From Clostridia bacterium (GTDB lineage: Bacteria > Bacillota > Clostridia > Oscillospirales > CAG-272): 64,000 nt of DNA. A program made the position numbers and the translations under genes. Each line of letters starts with the position of its first letter. The first letter of the stretch is position 1. Shown here in pieces: positions 49,666 through 59,415 of the stretch. Below the pieces are notes generated by a model that did no database searches, was not told where the DNA came from, and worked only from the letters and a program-made list of their open reading frames with translations. The stretch covers positions 7,729-71,728 of the forward strand of contig JAGBTM010000053.1 of the NCBI GenBank assembly GCA_017631325.1. Direction: 5' to 3'.

Positions 49666-50904
49666 TTATTTATCGACGCTCAGCTTCTCGGGGATAGGAT
49701 AATTTTCAAGTATGTAATCCATATCCTTATCACCTCTACCCGAGAGGCAGACGAGTATCGAGCCGTGGGACATCTTTCTTGCGAGCTTCATAGCATAGGC
49801 GACGGCGTGCGAGCTCTCTATTGCAGGGATAATGCCCTCGCATCTTGCGAGAGTAAAGAATGCATCGATGGTTTCCTCGTCGTTTACAACGTCGTACTTA
49901 ACTCTGCCAAGGTCACGGAGGAATGCGTGCTCAGGGCCTGACGAGGGGTAGTCAAGTCCGCTTGCAACCGAGTATACGGGAGCAGGCTCGCCATTTTCGT
50001 CCTTCAGCATAATACTGTTAAAGCCATGCATAATTCCCTCAGTGCCGTAGGTAAGGCTCGCCGCGTGGTCACCGAGCTTGTTACCTCTGCCGAGAGGCTC
50101 AACACCGTAAATATCAACGGGGTCGTTAAGGAAGCCCGAGAACATGCCCATTGCGTTCGAGCCGCCGCCAACACAGGCAACAACAGCATCGGGAAGCTCA
50201 CCCGTCATAGAGGTGAACTGCTCTCTCGCCTCAATACCGACAACACTCTGGAAATCTCTTACCATCATAGGAAACGGGTGAGGGCCAAGCACTGAGCCGA
50301 TGCAGTAAATAGCGTCCTTGTACTCCTTGCAGTATGCATCGAACGCTGCGTCAACAGCCTCTTTAAGAGTGGCAAGTCCGTGCTTTACCTCAACAACGTT
50401 AGCTCCTAGAATTTTCATTCTCGCAACGTTTGGAGCCTGCTTCTTTATGTCAACAGAGCCCATATAAATATCACATTCAAGGCCGAAATATGCCGCCGCG
50501 GTTGCCAAAGCAACACCGTGCTGACCTGCGCCGGTCTCCGCGATAACCTTCTTCTTGCCCATATACTTTGCAAGAAGAGCCTCGCCCATACAGTGATTTA
50601 ATTTGTGCGCGCCCGTATGGTTTAGGTCCTCACGCTTGACGTAAATCTGCGCGTTTCCTATCTTCGAGGAAAGCCTTTCAAGATAGGATATAGGGGTCGG
50701 CCTGCCCTGGAACTCGCGTCTTATTTTTCTAAGCTCAGCTATGAACTTTGAGGACTTACATATCGTAAAGTAAGCCTCGTTTATCTCTGTCATAGCACGC
50801 TTAAGGTCCTCGGAAACGTACGCTCCGCCGTACTTACCGAAAAAGCCGTCGGCCGAGGGGTAGTTTTTGAAGTAGGTGTTAAAATCAATTCCGTTAAATT
50901 TCAT
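49666..50904 (-). CDS. trpB: Tryptophan synthase beta chain (stand-alone)
   Basis: [12 protein letters not shown] (PLP Lys), [13 protein letters not shown] and SGRGDKD. Confidence 0.95.
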   Translation of the reverse strand: MKFNGIDFNTYFKNYPSADGFFGKYGGAYVSEDLKRAMTEINEAYFTICKSSKFIAELRKIRREFQGRPTPISYLERLSSKIGNAQIYVKREDLNHTGAHKLNHCMGEALLAKYMGKKKVIAETGAGQHGVALATAAAYFGLECDIYMGSVDIKKQAPNVARMKILGANVVEVKHGLATLKEAVDAAFDAYCKEYKDAIYCIGSVLGPHPFPMMVRDFQSVVGIEAREQFTSMTGELPDAVVACVGGGSNAMGMFSGFLNDPVDIYGVEPLGRGNKLGDHAASLTYGTEGIMHGFNSIMLKDENGEPAPVYSVASGLDYPSSGPEHAFLRDLGRVKYDVVNDEETIDAFFTLARCEGIIPAIESSHAVAYAMKLARKMSHGSILVCLSGRGDKDMDYILENYPIPEKLSVDK

Positions 50905-50976
50905 ATTATCTCCTTTGTAAATTTCGCGAATTACTTCGGGTATCTTATGCTCGACGTATCAATATACGCCCTTCGC

Positions 50977-51150
50977 ATAATTACCCTCGTGCTTCATCAA
51001 AATTTACGTCTTTTCGTTCGTTTTTCGTTTTGTTTATTTTTTGAAACTTTGGTAATTACTCAGGATAGTTTACGCTTGCCGTATCCGTATACGCGCATCA
51101 ATAATTACCCTCGTACTTCATCAAAATTTACGTCTTTTCGTTCGTTTTTT
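50977..51150. repeat. About 50-bp direct repeat in the trpB leader
   Basis: ATAATTACCCTCGT(G/A)CTTCATCAAAATTTACGTCTTTTCGTTCGTTTTT at ~50977 and ~51101. Confidence 0.85.
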
Positions 51151-51279
51151 ATTGTCTTTTTGTTTTTCGCTCGATTACATTCGTTTGTTGCGCTTTTTCG
51201 TAAATTTTAAGCACGCCATCGAAAATCAAGTATTATCATATCTTCTCCTTTTAGTTTCACTAAATCTTCGGGCTAAAAA

Positions 51280-51515
51280 AACAAAAAAGCCCCGAGCAAA
51301 ACGCTCGGGGCGAATAAATCGCGGTGCCACCCGAATTCAAGGCATAGCCTTCTCACGCACTAAAATGCGTTGTGCGGATAACGGTCGCCCTCCGTCGAAG
51401 CCTACTTAGTTCGGTTCGCCCTCAAAAGCCCATTCACCTATCTTAGTTATACCGCGCTCACACCATCGGCGGCTCTCTGAAACAACTCTGGACGGCTACT
51501 CTTCTTTATCACAGG
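51280..51515 (-). promoter_or_regulatory. T-box riboswitch, Trp-specific
   Basis: AGTA, AGAGA and GGTGTG stem I motifs; specifier GAA-TGG (51430-51432); CCGTTA; T-box AATTCGGGTGGCACCGCG; terminator CCCGAGC...GCTCGGGCTTTTT. Confidence 0.92.
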
Positions 51516-51525
51516 TTATGTGAAA

Positions 51526-51554
51526 ATTATACTACCTTATTCGGCTTTTGTCAA
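51526..51554 (-). promoter_or_regulatory. sigma-A promoter of T-box/trpB
   Basis: TTGACA-17 bp-TATAAT. Confidence 0.8.
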
Positions 51555-51668
51555 TAGTATTTGGAAAAATTTTTGTGTGGCAAATTTTTACACCCCACAC
51601 CTTTATATCTGAATTATATCTAAAAGATAGGAAATCCGAGCAAAAAAAAGCACAAAAAACAACCAAGC

Positions 51669-52232
51669 CTAAGTTAGAAACAGAGGCCTCATCTGCTCGC
51701 CTCTAATAGCGCACCGAAGCGCCTCGGGTATTCTATCCATATCGGCGACCAAGGAGTAGGGCTTATTTTTGACGTCGTCTTGTAGCATAGGAACGAAAAA
51801 GGTGGATTTCCTCGTCAGAAGCGCCCCTATCCCCCCAAGATTTTGCGACATGGCGTCGTTTGAAGCAAGGGCAATAAGCAAAGGTCTATCCTGTCTGAGA
51901 TGCGCCTTTGCAGCCATTGTAACCGTCGTATCGGTGATACCGTGTCGAATTTTCGCGAGTGTATTGCCCGTGCAGGGAGCAATAATAAGAGCTTCAAGCG
52001 GTGTCGCAGGACCGAGCGGCTCGGCGTCCTTTACAGTGTGTATTATATCCCTTCCCGTCAGCTCTCTTACCCTTTGGCAGTACTCCCGTGCCAAGTGAAA
52101 TCTCGTGTCGGTCGAGTATGCGCTCTCGCTCATTATAGGCTGAATATCGTATCCCAAGCTAACAAGACGCGACATCGACGAAAACGAGCGTCCCATAGTA
52201 CAAAACGAGCCACAAATAGCATATCCTATCAT
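51669..52232 (-). CDS. spoVFB: Dipicolinate synthase subunit B
   Basis: GSFCT, AEPLGP, APCTGNTLAK, AHLR and KPYSL. Confidence 0.92.
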   Translation of the reverse strand: MIGYAICGSFCTMGRSFSSMSRLVSLGYDIQPIMSESAYSTDTRFHLAREYCQRVRELTGRDIIHTVKDAEPLGPATPLEALIIAPCTGNTLAKIRHGITDTTVTMAAKAHLRQDRPLLIALASNDAMSQNLGGIGALLTRKSTFFVPMLQDDVKNKPYSLVADMDRIPEALRCAIRGEQMRPLFLT

Positions 52233-52984
52233 ATAACACCCCCAAGGCGCAAAATTATTGCCTCTGCATACACCTTACCCGCGCTTTTCGGGTACATCTT
52301 ATCGGGAACTTGCCCCATTTTCTCGACACGGGGTAGGTCTTTTAGGTAATTTCCTGATGCAAGGTCTATTATCCTGCGAACACTCCCGATACCAAAAGAG
52401 TCCGCGCTAACTATACTCTCGGGTGCCGTATTTATAAGTATATCAAGTCCGCGGTAGTCCTCTGTACCGTCGCATACCGACGAAGCTATACCCATGCTTC
52501 TAAGCTCCGCCGACACCTCTTCTCTCTTGGTGTAGACGCGCGGCGCACCGCCGAGAAAGAACCACGTTTTCGCAATTTCCTTACCTATTCTGCCATACCC
52601 GACGATGCCTATTTTTATATCCTCGGGTCCCGCCTGCTCGCTTGTCAAAATAGACGAGACTGCACCGAGCGCCGTAAGATAGGCGTTCTTTAAAAGAAGC
52701 TGTTCGTCGTATATCGCGTCGTATATAACAGCTCCCCTTTTTTCTATTTCCCTCGCGCACTCCTCGGGTATTCCGTACCCCGCAACGAGTGTGCCTTCTT
52801 CAATTTTATCTATCAGCTCGGAAAGTAAAATTTCCGTTCCGTTTACAGTTTTGCCGTCCTTGGTAGTCGGTATGGGAAGCACGATGGCGCACTTTATATC
52901 GGGTCCGCCAGAGCCCGAGCAGCTCATAAGCCGCTCTCTGCACGCCTCCTGCCTTCCACCCTTGCCAAAAACAAGAATATTCAT
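52229..52984 (-). CDS. spoVFA: Dipicolinate synthase subunit A (divergent)
   Basis: GYGRIG, NTAP, IDLAS and P.SAG; overlaps spoVFB. Confidence 0.8.
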   Translation of the reverse strand: MNILVFGKGGRQEACRERLMSCSGSGGPDIKCAIVLPIPTTKDGKTVNGTEILLSELIDKIEEGTLVAGYGIPEECAREIEKRGAVIYDAIYDEQLLLKNAYLTALGAVSSILTSEQAGPEDIKIGIVGYGRIGKEIAKTWFFLGGAPRVYTKREEVSAELRSMGIASSVCDGTEDYRGLDILINTAPESIVSADSFGIGSVRRIIDLASGNYLKDLPRVEKMGQVPDKMYPKSAGKVYAEAIILRLGGVI

Positions 52985-53037
52985 ATAGTCAAAGCCTCCA
53001 GGCGCACAGCCGTATTCGACCGCTTCGCCTTAATTTC

Positions 53038-53064
53038 ATTATATGAATAGCTTTATAAAATGAC
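53038..53064 (-). promoter_or_regulatory. Mother-cell sigma (sigma-E/K-type) promoter of spoVFAB
   Basis: GTCAT-14 bp-CATATAAT on the minus strand. Confidence 0.5.
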
Positions 53065-53515
53065 AAACCCCGACACGCCCGTTTTGGTTTTCAAAGAGGA
53101 TAACCTCTCCTCCTCTTGCCTCTAATATACCAAATACGGCCGCTCGGGGCCTTCTTATTAAACGTCTTTTTGCCTTTTCGACTTCTCGTTTTTCTTCTTA
53201 TATTCTGTCGGTGACAGGCCTATATATTTCTTAAAATTTCGGTAAAAAGCCGTAAAATCTCAAAAATTTTAAAAAATAATAAAACCCAAAAAAGTTATAA
53301 AAATACAACAGGTTATAAAAAACAGCAAGCTATAAAAAACAGCAAGCTATAAAACAAAAAATAAAAGCCAAATCTCTTTTCGCCTTGAATTGAGATTTGG
53401 CTTTTATTTTTTTAGAAAGCGAGTTCCCTACGTCCATCTGTCATTTAAACAAGCAAAAAGACACAAACTTTCCCCTTTTTACTTTGCGCTGTCTCACAGG
53501 AAAAACGGTATATTT

Positions 53516-54853
53516 TTATTGTTTTTTCCCCGCTTTTACCTTAGAGAGAAGCGGTATAACCAAAAGAGCCACAAGCACCGCGATAGCTGCCGCGAGGAAA
53601 ATCTCAGGAGCAGGAATAAAATCGGTGGTCATAGCGTCTGCTCCTGCATTCTCAAGCTTTATACCTTGAGCGCGGTTAATGGCGTTGCCGATTTCGGGTC
53701 CAATAAGCATAGGGATAAGCACGCTGAATACCATTCTGACGCCCTGAAGCTTACCTGCCGCGCCCTCAGGTGTGAAGTCACGCATTGTCGAGCCGCAAAG
53801 AGCACTGACGAAGATGTAGCCCGTAATCATTACGAAGCCGAATATTCCAAACACGATAAGAGAGGCCGTCTTGTTTTCGGTTGGCGAAAAATACATGCCG
53901 AAAAGTCCGAGCGCCATAACACCCGCTGCGATATAGAGGAGCTTCGCCTTGTCATATTTATCCGATACAGCGCCAAGGAACAGGTTTATAACGGCTCCGA
54001 GAGCTATCGCGGCACCAAAAACTATACTGTACTCTATCACGCTGAACGAAAGATACGTCTTCATGTAAATAATGAGATATGGCATAAAAATTTGACAAGC
54101 TATTCCATATACCAAAACTATTATAAAGGTTACGTAAAGGGGGAGATTATTTTTTATTACACTAGGACGGAAGCCGTAGAATATATCCCTCATTGTGCCC
54201 GATTTTTGGATTTTTTCGCTGTCCTTGACGATAAACAAACCGAGCACACCCGATGCAGTAATAGTAGCGCCAAGTCCTATGAAAAGAGCCGTGTATCCGA
54301 CAGCCTCGACCAAAATTCCAAATCCGCCCGCCACGGCAAGCATAGCCACCAGCGGCAAAATAGCCACGACACCCTCAACCTTTCCTCTGTACGAGGAGTG
54401 AGTGTTGTCGGTTACCCAAGCGTTAAAGGCCGCGTCGTTTGCGCTCGAGCCGAATACCGTCATAACGCAGTCGCCCACAACGACCAAAACAAGAGTAAGA
54501 GCTACCGCCTCAGCACCCGAGCGCATAAAAAGACCGCCTACTCTCTCGGGAGACAGACAACCGAACAGCGCCACAGTAACACCCCATATTATATAGCCTA
54601 TCGAAATGAAGCTGCGCCTGTTTCCTATCTTGTCCGACAGAACGCCCGCAACGAGCGTCGTAACCGTCGCAACGATACCGCTCAGCTGTACCATCAGCGT
54701 TATAGTGTCAAGGTCGGGGGCAATAGTATCGAAAACGAAAAGATTGAAATACATATTTTCAACCGACCACGCAAGCTGTCCGATAGTACCGAAAAGTATC
54801 AGTATCAGCCAGCTGGAGCGAGAAAAGCCCCTATCCGTGTTAAGTTTTTTCAT
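53516..54853 (-). CDS. MFS transporter (probable sugar permease)
   Basis: About 12 TMs; GVLSDKIGNRR motif A. Confidence 0.88.
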   Translation of the reverse strand: MKKLNTDRGFSRSSWLILILFGTIGQLAWSVENMYFNLFVFDTIAPDLDTITLMVQLSGIVATVTTLVAGVLSDKIGNRRSFISIGYIIWGVTVALFGCLSPERVGGLFMRSGAEAVALTLVLVVVGDCVMTVFGSSANDAAFNAWVTDNTHSSYRGKVEGVVAILPLVAMLAVAGGFGILVEAVGYTALFIGLGATITASGVLGLFIVKDSEKIQKSGTMRDIFYGFRPSVIKNNLPLYVTFIIVLVYGIACQIFMPYLIIYMKTYLSFSVIEYSIVFGAAIALGAVINLFLGAVSDKYDKAKLLYIAAGVMALGLFGMYFSPTENKTASLIVFGIFGFVMITGYIFVSALCGSTMRDFTPEGAAGKLQGVRMVFSVLIPMLIGPEIGNAINRAQGIKLENAGADAMTTDFIPAPEIFLAAAIAVLVALLVIPLLSKVKAGKKQ

Positions 54854-54874
54854 AATTTACCTCTTTTTTTATGA

Positions 54875-55100
54875 GCGCCCTTGTAACTCTGGGCACCCGT
54901 TTTTTCTTTTGAAAAAGTCCCCTTGTGACTAAAGGTTTCTTTCTTTTTAGAAATCCCCTTTGCGGCTAAAGGTTTTCTTTTTAGAAAGCCTCTTTGTGAC
55001 TAAAGTTTTTTCTTTCTGGAAGCCACTTTGTAATAAAGTCGTTCTTCATTTATCGAAACGCCCGTGTAACTCTGGGCAGCTCTTTCGCTTTTTTAGAAAG
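54875..55100. repeat. Degenerate ~36-bp tandem repeats flanked by two CGCCC(T/G)TGTAACTCTGGGCA copies
   Basis: CTTTGTGACTAAAG...TTTTAGAAAGCC-like units. Confidence 0.65.
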
Positions 55101-55163
55101 CCTTGACTGGTGTCAAGGCTCTCTTTTTTTGTTTTTAGCGTAATATGAACGTGTCAGTGGGTA

Positions 55164-56480
55164 TTATTTTTTGTCGCGTCTCATTTGAACCTTGAGGTTA
55201 CCGATAGCGGTCGCCTCGATGGGCAGAGCGATAACTCGCTTGCTGGTGTAACGCTCGGTAAGCTCGTTTAAGTACGTGTTCTTTGCGCCACCGCCAACAA
55301 TGTAAATCTCGGAGTATTCGTGGCCCGTATTAACCTCGAGGTCGCGTATTGCTTCGTCGTAGCAGGCAGCAAGGCTGTGATATGCGCAGTTGAAATAATC
55401 CGCCGTGGTCTCGGGCGTCTTCTTGCCCTTTGCCTTTATATACGTTTCGATAGCTTCCTTCATACTCTTGGGAGCCATAAAGGACGGGTCGTTTACGTTA
55501 AAGAGCTCGTCATAGCTTGACTTTTTCGCCATAGCGGCAATTTCACCGTATGAGGTCTCGGGACAGAGCTCTGAGCGGAGGCACTGAATTATCCACATAC
55601 CCGTTATGTTCTTGAGGTATCTGAAATATCCGACACCGCCCTCGTTGGAATAGCCCGAGGTTCTGCTCTTGTCGTCGGTGAGAGCCTCTGTGAGCTTAAC
55701 GCCAAGGAGCGACCAGGTACCCGAGGATATATAGGGCGCATCGGTCTGCATATCTATCGCCTCAACGGCGCTTGCCGTATCGTGCGTAGGAGCAAATACA
55801 ACGTTGATTTTGCCGCCTACCTCAATCTCAACCTCGGGAGAAAGAGGTCCTACGAGAGTGCCGGGGGCGTGTAAGGGAGCTATAATTTCGGTGGGAAGAC
55901 CGAGCGATGTGAAAATATCCTTATCAAGCTCGTGTGTCTTCACGTTTACAAGGCCCGTGGTTGACGCATTGGTCGACTCCTTCATTTTGACACCCGTGAG
56001 CTTGTACATAAGATACTCGGGTATCATAAGGAAATCGGTAACTCCTGTGAGCCTGCCTGCGAGCTTGTCGGCATAAAGCTGATATATCGTATTGAAGCTG
56101 TTGAACTGAATACCCGTAGCTCTGTAAAGCTCCTCAAACGGTATAATTCCGTGAACGAGCTTGATAGGCTCCTCTGTTCTCGAGTCGCGGTATGCATAGG
56201 TTGGATAGACCTCGCTCTCACCCTTCATAAGAACGTAGTCAACTCCCCAGGTGTCGACGGAAAGGCTCTCGATTTTAGGAAATCTTAAAAGCGAGCGCTT
56301 GATACCCTCTTTAACCTCTTTAAAAAGCCTTTCGGTATCCCACACGAGATGTCCGTCCACCTCGTCCATTCCGTTCGGGAAACGGTAGATTTCCTCCGCC
56401 ATTACTTCACCGTTCTCAACCCAGCCAACAATGTGTCTTCCGCTTGACGCTCCTATGTCAATAGCGAGATAGTATTTCAT
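55164..56480 (-). CDS. rhaB: Rhamnulokinase/fuculokinase (FGGY family)
   Basis: AIDIGASSGR, DTWGVDY, HDTASA, SSGTWSLLG and NEGG; substrate not resolvable from sequence. Confidence 0.75.
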   Translation of the reverse strand: MKYYLAIDIGASSGRHIVGWVENGEVMAEEIYRFPNGMDEVDGHLVWDTERLFKEVKEGIKRSLLRFPKIESLSVDTWGVDYVLMKGESEVYPTYAYRDSRTEEPIKLVHGIIPFEELYRATGIQFNSFNTIYQLYADKLAGRLTGVTDFLMIPEYLMYKLTGVKMKESTNASTTGLVNVKTHELDKDIFTSLGLPTEIIAPLHAPGTLVGPLSPEVEIEVGGKINVVFAPTHDTASAVEAIDMQTDAPYISSGTWSLLGVKLTEALTDDKSRTSGYSNEGGVGYFRYLKNITGMWIIQCLRSELCPETSYGEIAAMAKKSSYDELFNVNDPSFMAPKSMKEAIETYIKAKGKKTPETTADYFNCAYHSLAACYDEAIRDLEVNTGHEYSEIYIVGGGAKNTYLNELTERYTSKRVIALPIEATAIGNLKVQMRRDKK

Positions 56481-56641
56481 ATAGTCTTCCCCCTGAAAGT
56501 ATTATTTATTTGTCCAAAAAATCACCCTTGCTTGAAAATCAAAAACCGTACGAAATCAAAATCACAAATCAAGAATTTCTAATTTCTCATTTCTAATTTT
56601 CAATTTTCAACCTGCCATTTTACAAAACGCGCCTCGGCCCA

Positions 56642-57574
56642 TCATTCCTTTTCGACTTCGCAAATCTTCTTAATATCGTACGGTGTCGTCTGATACACGA
56701 AGTAGTTGAGCCAGTTGGTAAAGAGAAGCGTCGCGTGTCCGCGCCACCTGATAATAGGTGTCTTGGTGTCGTCGTCGCCCGGGAAATAATTCTCAGGAAT
56801 TTTGGGATTTATTCCCGCATTTTTATCGCGGGTGTATTCCTTATTCAAGGTATCTCTGTCATACTCCGAGTGACCCGTTATGAAAATCTGTCTGCCGTTT
56901 CTTGTAGCAACCGTATAAACTCCCGCCTTCTGTGAGCTTGAGAGAATTTTAAGTCCCTCAGTCGCCTCAATTTCCTCTCTCGAAACCGTCGTATACCGCG
57001 AGTGAGGAACGTAGAATACGTCGTCAAATCCACGGAAGAGAATGGAATTTTTGTAATCCACAACGTGCTCGTAAACGCCCGAAAGCTTCTCGGGGAGCAT
57101 ATATTTCTTTACACCGAAATGGTAGTAAAGTCCCGCCTGAGCGCCCCAGCAAATATGAAGGGTGCTCTGAACGTGAGTTTTCGTCCATTCCATAATCTCA
57201 CAGAGCTCAGGCCAGTAGTCAACCTCCTCAAACTCCATCTTCTCAACAGGCGCGCCTGTTATAATCATACCGTCAAAGTATCTGTCCTTTACCTCGGAAA
57301 ACTCCTTGTAAAAGGCTAAAAGATGCTCCTCAGAGGTGTTCTTCGACTTGTGCATCGAGGTGTGAAGAAGCTCAATTTCAACCTGAAGAGGCGTGTTTCC
57401 GAGCAGACGCGAAAGCTGAGTTTCGGTGTCGATTTTAGTCGGCATAAGATTTAAAATCAAAATCTTAAGAGGTCTTATATCCTGAGTAATAGCGCGAGTT
57501 TCTGTCATCACAAATATATTCTCGTTTTCGAGAACCTTGACGGCCGGAAGCTCGTTTGGTATTTTAATGGGCAT
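56642..57574 (-). CDS. metA: Homoserine O-acyltransferase (MetA family, probably acetyl-CoA type)
   Basis: LNLMP, TGAPVE (Glu suggests acetyl specificity), ICWGAQA and GHSEY. Confidence 0.93.
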   Translation of the reverse strand: MPIKIPNELPAVKVLENENIFVMTETRAITQDIRPLKILILNLMPTKIDTETQLSRLLGNTPLQVEIELLHTSMHKSKNTSEEHLLAFYKEFSEVKDRYFDGMIITGAPVEKMEFEEVDYWPELCEIMEWTKTHVQSTLHICWGAQAGLYYHFGVKKYMLPEKLSGVYEHVVDYKNSILFRGFDDVFYVPHSRYTTVSREEIEATEGLKILSSSQKAGVYTVATRNGRQIFITGHSEYDRDTLNKEYTRDKNAGINPKIPENYFPGDDDTKTPIIRWRGHATLLFTNWLNYFVYQTTPYDIKKICEVEKE

Positions 57575-57694
57575 AAAATTTTATACCGTCCCTTTCGTAT
57601 TTTGTGTCGGTTTCTACTCGTTTTTGGATTTTTTGCAAGCTTTAGTATACATTTTGAGCTTTTCAGTCGAAGCCCAAGATTTCCCAAAGATTAA

Positions 57695-58984
57695 TCAGTT
57701 TACGGAATTAAGAGCTGCATCAAGGTCTTCAATAAGGTCATCGGCCGACTCAATTCCACAGGAATATCTGATAAGGTCGGCAGATACGCCCGCGCTGAGA
57801 AGCTCCCTCTCGCTCATCTGACGGTGAGTTGCGCTTGCGGGGTGCAGGCAGCACGTTCTCGCATCTGCTACGTGAGTTTCTATCGCACCGAGCTTCATGT
57901 TCTTCATAAATTTCTCGGCTGCCGCGCGTCCGCCCTTAACGCCGAAGGAAACGACACCGCAGGTTCCGTTGGGCATATATTTATTTGCAAGCTCGAAGTA
58001 CTTGTCACCCTCAAGGCCGGGGTATCTTACCCAGGTAACGTTCGGGTGCGTGGAGAGGAATTTTGCAACCTTAAGTCCGTTCTCGCAGTGACGCTGCATA
58101 CGGACGTGCAGGCTCTCAAGTCCAAGTCCGAGAAGGAATGCCGACTGAGGCGACTGAGTACAGCCAAAGTCACGCATAAGCTGAGCTGTAGCCTTGGTTA
58201 TATACGCGCCTGCCATACCGAACCTCTCGTAGTAATTAACACCGTGATAGCTCTCGTCGGGAGTGCAAAGGCAGTCGAACTTGCCCGACGCCTTCCAGTC
58301 GAACTTACCCGAGTCAACGATACAGCCACCGACAGCGCTTCCGTGTCCGTCCATGTACTTTGTGGTGGAATGAGTTACGATATCAGCTCCCCACTCAAAA
58401 GGACGGCAGTTGATGGGAGTAGCAAAGGTGTTGTCGATAATAAGCGGCACACCGTGTGCGTGCGCAACACGCGCAAATTTCTCTATATCAAGAACGGTGA
58501 GAGCCGGATTTGCGATAGTCTCACCGAATATCGCCTTGGTGTTCGGGCGCATAGCCGCTTCTATCTCCTCCTCTGCCGCGTCGGGCGAAACGAAGGTGAA
58601 CTCAACACCCATACGCTTCATCGTTACGGCAAAGAGGTTGTAGGTTCCACCGTATATCGCGCTCGAAGCTACGACGTGGTCGCCGCAGGAGGCAATGTTA
58701 AATACAGCAAAGAAATTCGCCGCCTGTCCCGAGGAGGTAAGCATAGCCGCGGTACCTCCCTCAAGCTCGCATATTCTCGCCGCAACCGTGTCGCAGGTGG
58801 GGTTCTGAAGTCTTGAATAGAAGTAACCCGATGCCTCGAGGTCAAACAGCTTTCCCATATCCTCGCTCGTCGCATATTTAAAGGTCGTGCTCTGGATAAT
58901 CGGTATCTGTCTTGGCTCACCGCTTCCGGGAGCGTAGCCACCCTGCACGCATTTTGTTTCAATTCTCAAATTTTTCTTTTCCAT
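57695..58984 (-). CDS. metY: O-acetylhomoserine sulfhydrylase
   Basis: YSRLQNPT, SSGQAA, DNTFATP, HSTTKYMDGHG and HPASATHRQ. Confidence 0.92.
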   Translation of the reverse strand: MEKKNLRIETKCVQGGYAPGSGEPRQIPIIQSTTFKYATSEDMGKLFDLEASGYFYSRLQNPTCDTVAARICELEGGTAAMLTSSGQAANFFAVFNIASCGDHVVASSAIYGGTYNLFAVTMKRMGVEFTFVSPDAAEEEIEAAMRPNTKAIFGETIANPALTVLDIEKFARVAHAHGVPLIIDNTFATPINCRPFEWGADIVTHSTTKYMDGHGSAVGGCIVDSGKFDWKASGKFDCLCTPDESYHGVNYYERFGMAGAYITKATAQLMRDFGCTQSPQSAFLLGLGLESLHVRMQRHCENGLKVAKFLSTHPNVTWVRYPGLEGDKYFELANKYMPNGTCGVVSFGVKGGRAAAEKFMKNMKLGAIETHVADARTCCLHPASATHRQMSERELLSAGVSADLIRYSCGIESADDLIEDLDAALNSVN

Positions 58985-59132
58985 TTTTTAATTCCTTTCT
59001 AAACTACGGCAAGCCGTATTTACAAGAGGCCAAAAGACCACAGCGCAAAAGCGCGTCGTATAACGGATACCCCTCTTTAAAAAAGAAAAAGAGCTCGGCA
59101 CTCCGTCAAAGCCTTTATATATTATATAAAAG

Positions 59133-59162
59133 ATTTTACCATAATACAAAGCCTCTTGTCAA
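59133..59162 (-). promoter_or_regulatory. sigma-A promoter of metY-metA
   Basis: TTGACA-18 bp-TAAAAT with TG extension. Confidence 0.6.
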
Positions 59163-59415
59163 TAGATTTAGAGCATTTAATATAAATGTGCGCGCACAAA
59201 ATATTGGCAATAAAGAAAAAGTTCAAAAAAGCCTTAACGTTTTGTAAACAAAAAAAGAAAAAGAGGACGCCCTTCGGTTTATTACCGACAGCCCCCTCTT
59301 CTTGCTTTCGGCCCCATCTCACGATTAAAGCGTGTACGTTTGGGGCTTGTTTTTTATGTTTTTGTTTTCAAGGATTTAGCTGTAAAGCTCTAAATTTTGC
59401 ACGTTTTTGTAAAGC

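Noticed and set aside
53390-54874. 494-aa + strand ORF
   Set aside because: Antisense shadow of the hydrophobic MFS gene.
57824-58816. 330-aa + strand ORF
   Set aside because: Antisense shadow of metY.
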